The position numbers were made by a program, and so were the translations under genes. The notes beneath the pieces were generated by a model. That model did no database searches. It saw nothing but the letters and a program-made list of their open reading frames with translations, and was not told where the DNA came from. Positions 1 to 13,736 of a DNA stretch of 64,000 nt are shown here, piece after piece. Every line of letters starts with the position of its first letter. The first letter of the stretch is position 1. The stretch lies in assembly GCF_031769215.1 (NCBI RefSeq), contig NW_026781958.1:2232001-2296000 (forward strand), read 5' to 3'. This stretch comes from Ylistrum balloti. Lineage: Eukaryota.

Positions 1-2807
1 CAACAACATCAGCACACATCAACAAGTTCTTCAACAATGTCAACACACATCAACAAGTCATTATACAATGTCGACACACGACAACAAGTCCTTCAACAAC
101 GTCAACAAACATCAGCAAGTACTTAAACAACGTCAACACACATCAACAAGTCCTTCAACAACGTCAACAAACATCAACAAGTCCTTCATCACCGTCAACA
201 AACATCAACTAGTCCTTCAACAATGTCAACAAACATCAACAAGTCCTTCAACAACGTCAACACACGACAAGTCATTCAACAATGTCAGCAACAAACATCA
301 ACAAGTCCTTCAACAACATCAACACACTTCAACAAGTCCTTCAACAACGTCAACACACGACAACAACGTCCTTCAACAACGTCAACACACATCAACAAGT
401 CCTTCCATCAACAATGTCAACACACATCCAAAAGTCAACAAATTCAACAAGTCCTTCAACAACGTCAACAAACATCAACAAGTCCTTCAACAACGTCACC
501 AAACATCAACAGGTCCTTGTCAATAATGTCAGCACACATCGACAAGTCCTTCAAAAATGTCGAAAAACATCAACAAGTCCTTCAAAAAAGTCAGCACACA
601 TCAACAAGTCCTTCAACAATGTCGACACAAACATCAACAAGTCCTTCAACAACGTCACCAAACATCAACAAGTCCTTCAACAACGTCAACAAACATCAAC
701 AAGTCCTTCAACAACGTCAACAAACAACAACAAGTCCTTCAACAACGTCAACAAACATCAACAAGTCCTTCAACAACGTCAACAAACATCAACAAGTCCT
801 TCAACAACGTCAACAAACATCAACAAGTCCTTCAACAACGTCAACAAACATCAACAGGTCCTTCAATAATGTCAGCACACATCAACAAGTCCTTCAACAA
901 CGTCAACAAACATCAACAAGTCCTTCAACAACGTCACCAAACATCAACAAGTCCTTCAACAATCAACAAGTCCTTCAACAACGTCAACAACATCAACAAG
1001 TCATTAACAATGTCAACACACATCAACAAGTCCTTCAACAACGTCAACAAACATCAACAAGTCCTTCATCACCGTCAACAAACATCAACAAGTCCTTCAA
1101 CAACGTCAACAAACACCAACAAGTCCTTCAACAACATCAACAACGTCAACAAACATCAACAAGTCCTTCAACAATGTCAACACATCAACAAGTCCTTCAC
1201 AACGTCAACAAACATGTCGACAAACATCAACAAGTCCTTCAACAACATCAACACACTTCAACAAGTCCTTGTACAACGTCAACACACGACAAGTCCTTCA
1301 ATAATGTCGACACACATCAACAAGTCCTTCAACAACGTCAACAAACATCAACAAGTCCTTCAACAACGTCAACAAACATCAACAAGTCCTTCAACAGCGT
1401 CAACACACATCAACAAGTCCTTCAACAACGTCAACAAACATCAACAAGTCCTTCAACAACGTCAACAAACATCAACAAGTCCTTCAACAACGTCAACAAA
1501 CATCAACAAGTCCTTCAACAACGTCAGCACACATCAACAAGTCCTTCAACAACGTCAACAAACATCAACAAGTCCTTCAACAACGTCAACAAACATCAAC
1601 AAGTCCTTCAACAAGCACACATAAACAAGTCCTTCAACAACGTCAACAAACATCAACAAGTCCTTCAACAACGTCAAACAAACATCAACAAGTCCTTCAA
1701 CAACGTCAACAAACATCAACAGGTCCTTCAATAATGTCAGCACACATCAACAAGTCCTTCAACAACGTCAACAAACATCAACAAGTCCTTCAACAACGTC
1801 AACAAACATCAACAAGTCCTTCAACAACGTCAACAAACATCAACAAGTCCTTCAACAACGTCAACAAACATCAACAAGTCCTTCAACAACGTCAACAAAC
1901 ATCAACAAGTCCTTCAACAACGTCAACAAACATCAACAAGTCCTTCAACAACGTCAACAAACATCAACAAGTCCTTCAACAACGTCAACAAACATCAACA
2001 AGTCCTTCAACAACGTCAACAAACATCAACAAGTCCTTCAACAACGTCAACAAACATCAACAAGTCCTTCAACAACGTCAACAAACATCAACAAGTCCTT
2101 CAACAACGTCAACAAACATCAACAAGTCCTTCAACAACGTCAACAAACATCAACAAGTCCTTCAACAACGTCAACAAACATCAACAAGTCCTTCAACAAC
2201 GTCAACAAACATCAACAAGTCCTTCAACAACGTCAACAAACATCAACAAGTCCTTCAACAACGTCAACAAACATCAACAAGTCCTTCAACAACGTCAACA
2301 AACATCAACAAGTCCTTCAACAACGTCAACAAACATCAACAAGTCCTTCAACAACGTCAACAAACATCAACAAGTCCTTCAACAACGTCAACAAACATCA
2401 ACAAGTCCTTCAACAACGTCAACAAACATCAACAAGTCCTTCAACAACGTCAACAAACATCAACAAGTCCTTCAACAACGTCAACAAACATCAACAAGTC
2501 CTTCAACAACGTCACCAAACATCAACAAGTCCTTCAACAACGTCAACAAACATCAACAAGTCCTTCAACAACGTCAACAAACATCAACAAGTCCTTCAAC
2601 AACGTCAACAAACATCAACAAGTCCTTCAACAACGTCAACAAACATCAACAAGTCCTTCAACAACGTCAACAAACATCAACAAGTCCTTCAACAACGTCA
2701 ACAAACATCAACAAGTCCTTCAACAACGTCAACAAACATCAACAAGTCCTTCAACAACGTCAACAAACATCAACAAGTCCTTCAATAATGTCAGCACACA
2801 TCAACAA
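1..2807. repeat. 31-bp minisatellite, ~90 copies (CAACAACGTCAACAAACATCAACAAGTCCTT), probably continuing past the window edge
   Basis: Monomer read directly. Near-perfect copies ~1745-2780, degenerate copies to the left. The 31-aa periodicity of the + ORFs reflects three monomers cycling through the frames. Confidence 0.97.
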
Positions 2808-2819
2808 AATTGTAAAAGA

Positions 2820-3130
2820 ACGTTTACACAAATTTATAAATTATACCACAACGTCACTTAGAGGAACAAAGTATAGACCTTACACAAGGACAACATATAC
2901 CAGTGTTATAACGTCGCTACAACATATAGCTTTAAGATGTACCCAACATAGTGTCAGAACAGAGCTGTAGAATACACCACATTGTCAATGCACAAGGACA
3001 AAATATACCACAGCGTTAGACGATCGAATAAAATATACCAAAACATCAGAATATAGCACTTCAAGATATACCACAACCTCAACACAGAGGGACAAAATAT
3101 ATAATACACAAACAGGCAAGATATATACGT
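2820..3130. repeat. Decayed tandem repeat built on an ATATACCACAAC-like core
   Basis: Recurrent TATACCACAACGTCA / TATACCACAGCGTTA / TATACCAAAACATCA / TATACCACAACCTCA motifs at irregular spacing right after the satellite. Confidence 0.55.
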
Positions 3131-4784
3131 TCATTCTAGTGAATTCCACAAACCCAATGGAAAAATCGGAACGCAATATCGATTTCAATGGATATTTGAA
3201 ACGAAATTATCATAAAACACTTTGATCTGAATAGACAAGGATGGTGTAACAATGATTTCCAGAAGGGTGGTAGATCGGTAGTTTCGGAAACTTAAAGCCA
3301 ATCACTAACCTTCTAACATACAACACACATTTCACCTACTGTAAACCGTTATTGTCATAATGACGATCAACCAAGCATGAAATTACATTCGTTAAAAACA
3401 GAAAACAAAAACAATTACAATGATGTGGAATTCATAAAGTTATCTGTCAGAACACCATCATTGTGTAAAACTTCCGGTCTTTGTTATTGTTGTCGGAGCG
3501 TCATTAGATCATATGTTGTCAGCTTTTCCTCTATCTTTGCACTTGTTTTCTTCACGTATATTTCGCTGTTTTTCAGTTATTTGTGAGCTGGTTGTTGACA
3601 GTAAAATAATACCTGTAGCTCCGCGAGGAAACAATCAATGTACGGGATATTTCTTAATAAACGTGTGATCGTGTAAAAGAGACAGTGATTATAACATTTA
3701 CTAAGAATTCGGAATGTATATATACTGAAAAAAATCATTTTTGATGATCTGTATATGTGTAAGTTTCAGTGACTGACTTGGGAAAATCGTACCAGATGTT
3801 TTTGAATCACTCAGGACGTAATAACATACAGGTATATACACTAGCTAATACGGTGTACAGGTGATAAAACGATTAATTATGTATGACCTCTTAATAAAGT
3901 CACCAACTCAACCGTGACGACAGAAAAATTGAATTGATGACTCTCATGCAATGTGATATTACGTTTGGCAATGATCCGATACTTCATGGTCTAATTAGGA
4001 ACAACAGTCAACAATAGTCAAAGCATTAAAGGACATGAAGGCCACACATAACAGAGTTACCTCCCCCACTCGCGGATATTATCGCGCAGCTTTGAGAATA
4101 TTAAAGGATTCGGTTGTATTTACTGCATGTGAGATTTGTGTAAGAGAGTTACTGTTTTATTTTATTTTCGTAATTTGAGTTTGAAGGTGTGATCGTGTGA
4201 TATTTGAGGTTAATGAGACGTTGTCTTTATGCTATGTTAGAGAGCACATATGGGGGACGTTACCGTACGATATATACTTAGAACAAACTAGGACATTAAA
4301 AAATAAATTAGACATGCACTGTAAAAATGGGATATTTGTATGTTTATGTTAATTTTGTCTGTTTAAAGGGTAAAAATGGTTGAGCAACTTTTAAAGATGT
4401 TAATGTATTTTGAGGTATTATGAGGCTAGCTGATATGTTCTGAATTACGCGGATATGCTACATTTTTGGTTTGAACCCTCGACAATGTGACGTATGACTG
4501 CCATATTTTCCAATATTTATACAAATACAAATAATACATCTACCCTCTCCGTTATCTTGACCAGTAAAATAGACGCCATCTGCAATATTTCATACCAACT
4601 AACTTATTGACTACCACAAAGAAGAGTTATGAACGGAACTATGTTATATGATTACTTTGGTGAATCCTACTCGTCTGGGATAAAAACTATGTGGTTCATT
4701 TTATTCAACAGCGATGCTTTACGTGTGGGCCTATTACAAACTACCCATCAAAATATATTGCTGTCCAGTTCTTCAGAAAGAAAA

Positions 4785-7700
4785 CTATTTACATAATATT
4801 AAGTATATATCTAGAATGTGGTTAATTATCAGAGCTCACGTGCTGCTGTCCGGAGGGAGAAGGATGTTTACTGGACATTGTCATTTTGTCAGTATTGAGA
4901 GACCATGTCGACCGCGAGGGGAATTCGTGAGTTTCAGACGTCGACAATGAATAATGGAACGTTTTTCACGTCCAAAACTATCAAGTTAGGTCTGATCTTC
5001 TGGCTTATGGACTATTTATGGCTGATGAATACTGATGACATTTTACGAACCTAATTCTTATCAGTTTGTATCCTATTTTTTTTTTTTTTTTTGTTTAATT
5101 TTTTTAGTTTTCTTTGGGTTTTTTGTTTCGTTTGCTTATTTCTTTGGGTTTTTTTTTTTTTTTTTTTCTTGTTTTTGTTTTGTTTTGTTTGATTAGCTTT
5201 GTTGTTTGTTCTGTTGAAGAGATTATATGAGACAAATTTTTGACACTTCCGGTGTTACAATTCATCAAAGATACCAGAGAATTTTCTAACCTTCATAATC
5301 GATCTCGCCATCTCCATTGCTATCCGCATCCTTCAGCATCTCCTTCACCTCATCGTTCGTTAACTTCTCTCCGATATTGGTCAATGCCAGTCGGAGCTCC
5401 TCGAAATCTATTTTCCCACTATTGTCTCTATCAAATACTTTGAACGCGAGACGTAATTCCGCTTCCTCTTCATTCGTTTCCATTTTTACTTTCATCATTT
5501 TTGTAAAATCTTCAAAGTTGATCATCCCGTCTCCTAAATAAGATAAAATAAGATTTTAAAAAATTGTAGAAAAAAAATAAATAGAAAAACTGATCACATA
5601 CCAATCTTAGTTCGAATTGAAATTTGAAAAAGTTGAAGTCTGAAATTTTGAAATTTGAAATATGCTTTTGTTCAAGATATGAAATATTGCTTGGCAAAGC
5701 GATATGGATGTTATCAGAGGCTTGCTATGAACAAACACAAAACGGAAACAAGTTAATAAAAACATTCTCGTAAGGAGCGAGATACCTGGTAACACATGTT
5801 AGAACTACACATTTCTCTATTAAAAACTTATATTCCGTGTAATAAATTAAATCTAAAAGATATAAAGTTGATCATAGCTGCAATAAAACCAATATTTATT
5901 GTTATATTAATGGGCCGTTAGAGTAAACGGGACCTCCCGACTCCGCCGCAGTCTATTGTGTACAGGGAATGTTACTAAAGAGATGGCGTTTTGGCACGAT
6001 ACCTACACATTCAAAGGAGTCATAACATTGGGTATCACAGGTATAATATGGCAGGTGATTTACGTAAGCTTGCAACAGGAATATGCAGCCAGAACGCTGT
6101 AGTCAGCATAATAGATTATTACAGGAATATTTCCCGAGGTCTCACGGCCGTAACAAAGTCAATGTTAGACATACAAAATACTGAGGTGTTCAGAATAGCA
6201 GGTTAATAACTATATCAATTTGTCATAATTGATTCATTAATACTAAATTCTATCACGAAATTTCTTAAATCATAATGACCCATGAAAAAAACTATTTGTA
6301 AAATACAACAGATCGTCAGTACTGATGTGTTCAAGCGTTGATTTTTCGAATGAAATTGTACATTGATTCTATTCAGTACAAATCTAAAAAAATATATTTA
6401 TAACAAATCAGAGGTGATGTAACCGGTGACATTAAAAGTCTCTCACCTTTCTTCTGCTTGTTTCCATATATTGCGTTGCCTCGTTTGCTCAAATAGTAGA
6501 GCGTTTGCACATATAATAGTGAGTACCCACAGAACGCGCCCCGCCCGCTATGGTTTGTGTTTCTTGGGACGCTTAGAAATGCACCGTTCTGTGTTGTTGT
6601 GGTTGTGTAATAGGACAGTACACTTTACCCGAATTCCACTGGATGGCATGCGACGGACCTCTCGCATGTTGTTCAGAGTGGTAGCCCCTTCCTACTAATA
6701 GGCCCCGATTCAGAATCATTCTAGCTGTAAACGGGGAGATGAACACAGCAAACATCACAAACAGACACCAACGTATTCTTTGTTTCGTGGTGTGAGTTTT
6801 ACGAAAAGGTGCTGGTGGTGCCAGAATGGCGAATGAAATCATGTAGTATGGGTATTCGATTCTGATTCAGAATTAACACTACCACGCGTTATCCAAGTGA
6901 TGTAGAAACCAGACAATTTGACAGTTAGATGGCATTATATACGTTTTTCACAGTAAGAATATAGATATCACACAATATACGGGCAGCACTCAATTATCGC
7001 CGCTTTTTAACTACAGTGATTGTATCCCAAATCACTAGGGGCCAAGTAGCTCGTCAAATCTGCTGCCTCTTAGGATTCGAATTAACTTTTGGGATTTTAT
7101 AAATGTGTTATGCATAGTTATGTAAACCCCAAGGAGCCAATTATGTTGATTAGTTAGATCTACAGGTTAGTCAGTGAAATATTTCAAAGGTCAAAATCTT
7201 CATGTCAGGGGAAGATGACTCTAAATTACAGTCTCTAATTACTGCGTTTTAAGACTGGACGAATGGAGAACGTTTTAAAGAATTAAAAATTCGAACTTTT
7301 ACGATCGTGGATGGAGAAGATCCTTCCGCAAACTAATCCCTATTTTCAAAAACACATTATGTGCGAACATGTCATGCAATGCATTTAATGTGAATACAAA
7401 ACTCCTGTTTGATCGCACGAAACAACGTTCAAGAATTGATGAGTGTCGAAGCAAATTTTCAACACATGCAGCTCTGAGACTATCTCATGGACTGAAAAGA
7501 AAAACTGTATTCAGTAACATAGAGAAAACTTTAAAAAACTGATGGATAACATCAAAATATATGACGATGTCTTGGAAACATTTCATGAACGTTACATGTA
7601 ACATTCGTTACACTGCCATTATCACTTTTCGGTATCTAAGAAATTGGCGTTATAAAGAAAATATGCATAATATGTTTTCTTGATAAAAAGAAAATACGTT

Positions 7701-10700
7701 ATTGAAATACAATATTGCGTCGCTTTTCACAAAACAAGCCTGTAACGAGGTTAAAATGAACATCCCTGGCGATTCGGAAATCTAACAATTTTACATATGA
7801 CTGTCTTATCTGAATGTCTGTGTATCGTGGAAACTTACACATACTGCCAAGTCTTCTAGTCCATAATTTAATTAAACTGGTCAACTCTGCACAAATTTCT
7901 GTACCAGTATCAACATACATGTCTAATTTGGCGAATATATCTCCACCACCGGGAAATGCTGGACTTAACAAATATCGGTATATTAGAATTTTGTGCAATT
8001 TTTATCGTTAATGCATATGTTTTGTTTGCACGTGCATGTTTCTGTTCAGTTAAGATAAGAATGACGAATTTTATCGAAGTAAGACTTTAAAAAATATTCA
8101 ATATCTTCACTGTGCTGGTTAATTAAACACAGTGGATAGATTTATGAATTTCTGTATATCTAAAACGCCATGGGGTTCTACCCGGGCAAAGCACAACAAT
8201 AAAAAAAATCATCCATTCCAGTCGATAGATTACAAATAAACACGTTTTTATAACAAGATTTTTTTTTCATTTTTTTTCAAATAACGGAAATGTCTGCTTA
8301 TTCAATATGGATACATTTGGATGTTTTTCATCATATCTAAATATTTCATCAGAACATCTCTATGCGGTTACTACCGTCTGCAATTCAGGAGACGATTATC
8401 AGCGTCACCGTCGAAAGGATTAAGGACACAGGATTGAAACTTCTGATTGGGATCTTACCGTCAACGTCCTTATCTTTTAACAAGTCTTCCACCTCCTCTT
8501 GTGTAGGATTCTGTCCTAAAGTTTGCATTACCAAGGTAAGGTTCTCGGCTGTTATCCTGCCGCTATTGTCACGATCAAACATTTTAAATGTCTCGCGCAG
8601 ACCTGTAAACATTAGAAAATATATGTATTATCAATGAAGTAATAACGACAGTACGGACAATTGTCCAATTTACGAGGCAATCTGTCCCTTTATCAAGACA
8701 CAAATATTACACAAGCTATCACGTACTTAGAACTTAAAACGAATTCAAATTTATAAATCTAAATCGAGAGCGTTAATTAAAGCAATTTTGAAAAAGGCAG
8801 AATTTTTTTTCTTAAATGGCGATCAGATTTGAAGTGGGTATGTGTAATGTATATATTGTTTATTGGTATTAGCAATTCATAAAGATATCTTAGAATTTGA
8901 ATCCATGCATATTTTCTGTGTATAATAAGCAAGCAAAGTGCGTTTTCATCGCATAGGTTTAAAATTATAAAACACCGATACAAAAACTGTACTTACGCGC
9001 AAGTTCCTCTTCCGGCAGATCCGACGCATTCTACAAAGTAGCCGTAGCAATGTTTAGTTTTGTGACAAAGTACTATTACAACATCTTTATCGAAAAAAAT
9101 ATCAGGAAAACAATGGATATTAATAGATGTACGTCTATGATATTACTTACAATAGCGTCACTTAACAGTACATACAGTCTCTTATACAATCCCCTACAGG
9201 TCATGTGTTTTTCACAATACCGTCTCTAAAACAAGACAGACTGTTTTGGTGTGTTTTAGAAGAATTCCTAATCACAAGAAACCTTTATCATTCAATGGTC
9301 TTATTCCCGGATTGTTTACCTATAATTTTTATTTGACGAAATGAAATGGAGGCTGGCGTTTACAAATTCCGTCAGGACTGCTTCATAGGTATATTGTATA
9401 TCTGCATCCCGGTAAATGTTACATAAAACAAGCAAATTCATGCAATCTATATCACCCGCTTTCCAAACATATTGTAAGTAAATACTTTAGAGGTTAGGAG
9501 TAAGCATGTCATAATGATATGTAGAATGATATATTCTCTTGAACTATGATGTATTGCTTTAAAGTCAAAGAAAGATGTAAAGGATTATAGAGAGTAGATG
9601 TTTTATTGGACATGTCAAATATTAACCAAAAAAGTGAACTAATTGAAGAAAACTTGCATACTAGTAAATATAATTGTGCTAAGCAGGCATAGATATTGAT
9701 AGATGATGCTAATTGCTGAACTCAGTCTTATGTGTCCTAATATGCATCTGCTGACCAAGTTTCATCTAAATCGGATTATATTTAGGGAAGTTAGAGCACG
9801 GAAATGAACCGATTAATGAAATAAAAGGATACCTCATCACTATTAATAATTATCAACAGATGGTACTGGTAGTCAAACTCAGTCTTAATGACCCAAGATG
9901 CATCTGCTGACCAAGTTTCACCCAAGTTGGATAATATTTGGGGAGGTTAGAACACGGAAACGAAAGTGTGACAGACAGACGGAGGCACGCACGGACGGAC
10001 AACCCCAAATTTCGGTGAAAGCGGGAGATAAAAAGTGTTAAGCAAAGCAGCGTTGTGTGATTTGAAAGATTCGCTCCACTGGACTTACACAAGAATATTA
10101 GAAAGACATCCTTATATAGCCCTGACACATCACTACATTTGCTAATAATGTCAATTAGTCTTTATTTTCTTATTTTATTATATTATTTTTGATTGGTCAA
10201 TACAATTTGAATTATAGATACATGTTTAATGTCTTTGTCTGGATACTAAAAATGATAAAAATAACTCGAAATCGAAATCCTGCTACACATATAGATATGC
10301 ATTAGTACAACCAAGGTCCACACACTTGTGCGGACTATAGTTAAATATTTCGGGTTGCTCAAAAGTACTACTTAATATTCATTAATATAGTAAACTGCTG
10401 AAGGTAAGTATAATGCTTATGTATTGTAAGATCTGACGAGCTCCAGCATTTGATCAGCCAGGTCTCGTTCTCACAAACGGATATTTAAATCCTTGTGGTG
10501 ATGGCATAGGTAATTATCTTATTTCCATAGATCAATTAAGACTTATTTTTTTTATTTTCGTAAGACGTAAAGAAAATCTCAATAAATCTGAAAACGTCTG
10601 TGGCACTTTTCTCTGTGGTATCACTGTAGCAAATTCCTAAACCTATCACCTCCTCCTACTCACAATTACCGCTTGGTGATCACAATGTGACTTAGAATAG

Positions 10701-13700
10701 ATGTGATAAACAGGTCACTCAAATATATTGTGGTAAGTAAATGTGTTTCTTGTCCTTACAACAAGATATGTGTTGTGTTTCGCTGAATACTAGTTCTACA
10801 TCGTTAGTTTGCCTGTTTGTTCCGTTTTTGTAAACCTTGTTCTCATTTGAGAACGTGACATAACTTGCTTAGATCAACCAATATCTACGATGTCGAGTGT
10901 CGTCGATGAAGCAGAAGACGTTTACTCTTTCGGAACACTTGGTCTTACTCTCATTGTACTTTCTTATGAGTCTCTGTGTAAATATCTTCTTTGTTTAATT
11001 TTCCTTAGTTTTATTGAATTTGAGTTTGGATTATGACTATATATGTTGGTATTTTCCTGTGTTTTTTGTTTTATTTTTTGTTTTGCTTTTTACTCCCATT
11101 CGTAATAGGTACATATCTTAATTCGTTTCATTATAAATACAAAACAAGGATACAACGCAAACGATGTAAACACTGGGTAAGTTTAGGCCAACGATTATCC
11201 CGCCTTATACGTATATCAAGACCTTGAATCTTACATAAACTATACATGATGTAATATAAACACATTGATTACTGTTATATCCTGCTTAGGTAATGTGTAT
11301 GAGAACACATTCCTGATGACTATCTTTTATCATCTACGTGCATAAAGTAGGACCCGGATACGAAAGCTTTGTTTTTATTACTGTACACACGTAGCTGTAT
11401 GGTAGACCTCTAACTGAACCAGTTGCCCTTTGTATTTTTCCCTTCCAATTCGTCCTTACCAGGCTTTGCCTTCTCAGAAAAAATGGTATAACGAGAGCAT
11501 TGTTTGATTGTTTGAGAGACTTACATACTTATTAAAATTGTATTAACCAAAACAGTCTTCTATTTACTTAACTATCTATTTTCTGGAAAGCTGCTGAATA
11601 AACTTGAAAATTCTAAATTAACTGATTACAAAATTTGGAGACCCTTTCTAAACTGAAACTTTACCGATGGTCAGCGATACGACCATGACAAGACTGCTTT
11701 GGTTTCCTTCCACCAAAAACACATCCCCGTTTTCTTCCATTTGAGCAACATTACGAATCAATTTACGGGTGTATTTCTTGTTTCAAACGTCTTGTAAAAC
11801 GAATAAAACTTATACATTATTGTACTGCATTGTACTTTTACGTTACAGATCTGGCTCAAATAAAATCAATCCACATTCTTCTGTTAAGATATTCTTCAGG
11901 AAGAAAAAAAGTTGTATCCTGATTATATCAACAGCTATATCCAACTTTGATCCCGTGTCTATGTTGGGCGTAGAAAATTACTTTGTAAGTTGATATAGTT
12001 AGACTTGAGTATGACTCATAATATGAATTGCTACCTAAACCAAAAACAACAAGAAATTGCCAACATGGACATGGTAACATAGACATGTAGACTCCTGAAA
12101 AAGTACAGGAGACTCTTGTACAAGGAAAAGAAGACCAGTTGTTCCGGATTAGTAAGCGTCTACTGCCTCATCAACGACACATGTTAACCCTGGTCAATCC
12201 GAGTAAGTAATGTCGAGTTCTCAAATGAGAACAACGTATACAAAAACAGAACCAACATGCAAATTAACGAGCATAAAATACGTCCAACGTCACGTCACAC
12301 AAAGAAATAGAATATTTCTCAACGAGTTCATTATTCCGACCATAAAGCTTCCCCATAATTTTTTAATATGAACAAAAGTAGTATTTTCATTTGTTATTTG
12401 TGCTAGAATCAATGTAATATGCTAGCTTCAGTACTGAACTTGTAACTTTTTATTTTAGATTAAGAACTATGGTGCTAATTGATGAATGAAGGTCATTATA
12501 CAATTTAAAATGAATTCCAACGTAATATCGTAGACTTATGTGTATCTTTATACATTTTCTAATAAATTTGAAAAAGGGCACGTTATATAGCGCATTTAGC
12601 CATTTGTATGTGATCTGTGTATTTGATGGCGTAATTGATGGCATGCTTCGGATTAAAAATACTTTCTGAATTGTAACCTTTCAAAAAAACATGCCAGAAC
12701 GAAAGATGGATTTCAGAAATTTTGAACAAAAGGCCTTCATATATCCTTAAGCATTTTGCCTCTGATATGTGCGAGAGAGTTAAGGGGGTATGTCACATAA
12801 ATAGTATGCCCTTAGATTTAGCTTCCCCCTGGTCAGCGATTATACTTATTCTTAGTCAATGCCATACTGTCACAAAGGCGCCAACTCCTGTATATAGATA
12901 TTATTTACTTTTGAAAATTTTTTCTCGTATTTAACATAATTTGTAGCTAAGTTGATGATTGTACAAAAGACACTCAAGGCACTATCACCGTTGAGTACAA
13001 ATATGAAATGAGGGACAATAAAGCCAATACGTAATTAACCTGCACCACGCAGTCCTTTCGTCCTTCTAGGATTCGTCAGTGATGCTAAAGGCCTTGATTT
13101 TAAAATATAAGATTCGACCGAAGAATGTCAACATTGATCAAAAGAAATGTGAATATCTTGACCAGGAAGTGCACTAACCCCATGGATTCAATTATCAATA
13201 ACAGTTAGAAAGAATTATAACACGTACAGGTACGCGAAATTCTCCGTGCTGTAAATGTAATGCCAGCCAAACCTCTCCGCCATACAGTTCTATTTGAGTA
13301 GCAGAGAAGCTATTTTGGCGTGACGTCAAATTCAAATCATAAGAATAGATTCCTTGTGTTATTGATTGGCACGTGTCGCCAGATCGTAGGAGAAACTTCA
13401 TACATAATTTCGTTGTACAATTTACATTGAAATAGTTAAACAAAATGACATTGAAATACGATAATATGTTTTGAATGAAAATTAAAGAACTGGATGTTAT
13501 TTCAACATCAATTATGGTACAGCAAAATTAAAGTTCAAAATATTTCATATCACGAAAATGCTACATGGTTTATTCCATTTAAATGTTCTATTCTTTGTTT
13601 ACAACCACCCGTGTAAGAAGTAAATAAACATTTGATACCTAAAACCGTCCAACTTGTGTTTATATCATCTTCAATCGAATTTAGGAAATCTAAACTCTAT

Positions 13701-13736
13701 ATGAAAGATGTAAAAGTTATTAAAATCACTTACCAT
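4785..13736 (-). CDS. Calmodulin-like EF-hand protein A (~150 aa; terminal exon uncertain)
   Basis: Exons: ATG 13734-13736 (ATG|gtaagt), 8997-9030 (34 nt, tag|...|gtaagt), 8459-8602 (144 nt, cag|...|gtaaga), 5291-5533 (243 nt, tag|...|gttaga). Candidate last exon 4785-4810 (DIYLILCK*); unspliced read-through stops at 5286. Protein MNASDLPEEELARLRETFKMFDRDNSGRITAENLTLVMQTLGQNPTQEEVEDLLKDKDVDGDGMINFEDF...FDRDNSGKIDFEELR...DADSNGDGEIDYE. Phases agree at every junction. Confidence 0.9.
5078..5210. repeat. T-rich low-complexity tract (poly-T, TTTGGG and GTTTT units)
   Basis: Two T runs longer than 15 nt plus GTTTT repeats, seen directly. Confidence 0.85.
9640..10040. mobile_element. Pearl-like / Helentron-associated non-autonomous element with two ~156-bp core repeats and an ACGG/ACAG microsatellite
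   Basis: GCATCTGCTGACCAAGTTTCA occurs at 9744 and 9900 (156 bp apart), followed by GACAGACAGACGGA...ACGGACGGAC and a short GC-rich terminal segment. This modular layout is that of bivalve pearl/HINE elements. Ends approximate. Confidence 0.65.
10800..11050 (+). mobile_element. 3' tail of a Penelope-like retroelement family (GAAGCAGAAGACG...TACT motif)
   Basis: Shares CTTGTTCTCATTT...GAAGCAGAAGACG.TTACT...CTGGTCTT with the copy at 36.7 kb, which sits directly after an RT remnant. Confidence 0.65.
12040..12260 (-). mobile_element. Inverted copy of the same retroelement 3' tail
   Basis: Reverse complement reads GTTGTTCTCATTTGAGAAC...GTCGTTGATGAGGCAGTAGACGCTTACTAATCCGGAACAACTGGTCTT. Confidence 0.65.

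Noticed and set aside
68-2861. Long Gln/Asn/Ser/Thr-rich plus-strand ORFs (up to 503 aa)
   Set aside because: All three frames are open only because the 31-bp monomer lacks stops; the monomer is not a multiple of three and indels shift frames freely.
5104-5210. Lys-rich terminal exon for gene A
   Set aside because: In frame after an 80-nt intron, but it is poly-A low complexity and lacks the hydrophobic residue required after loop position 12.
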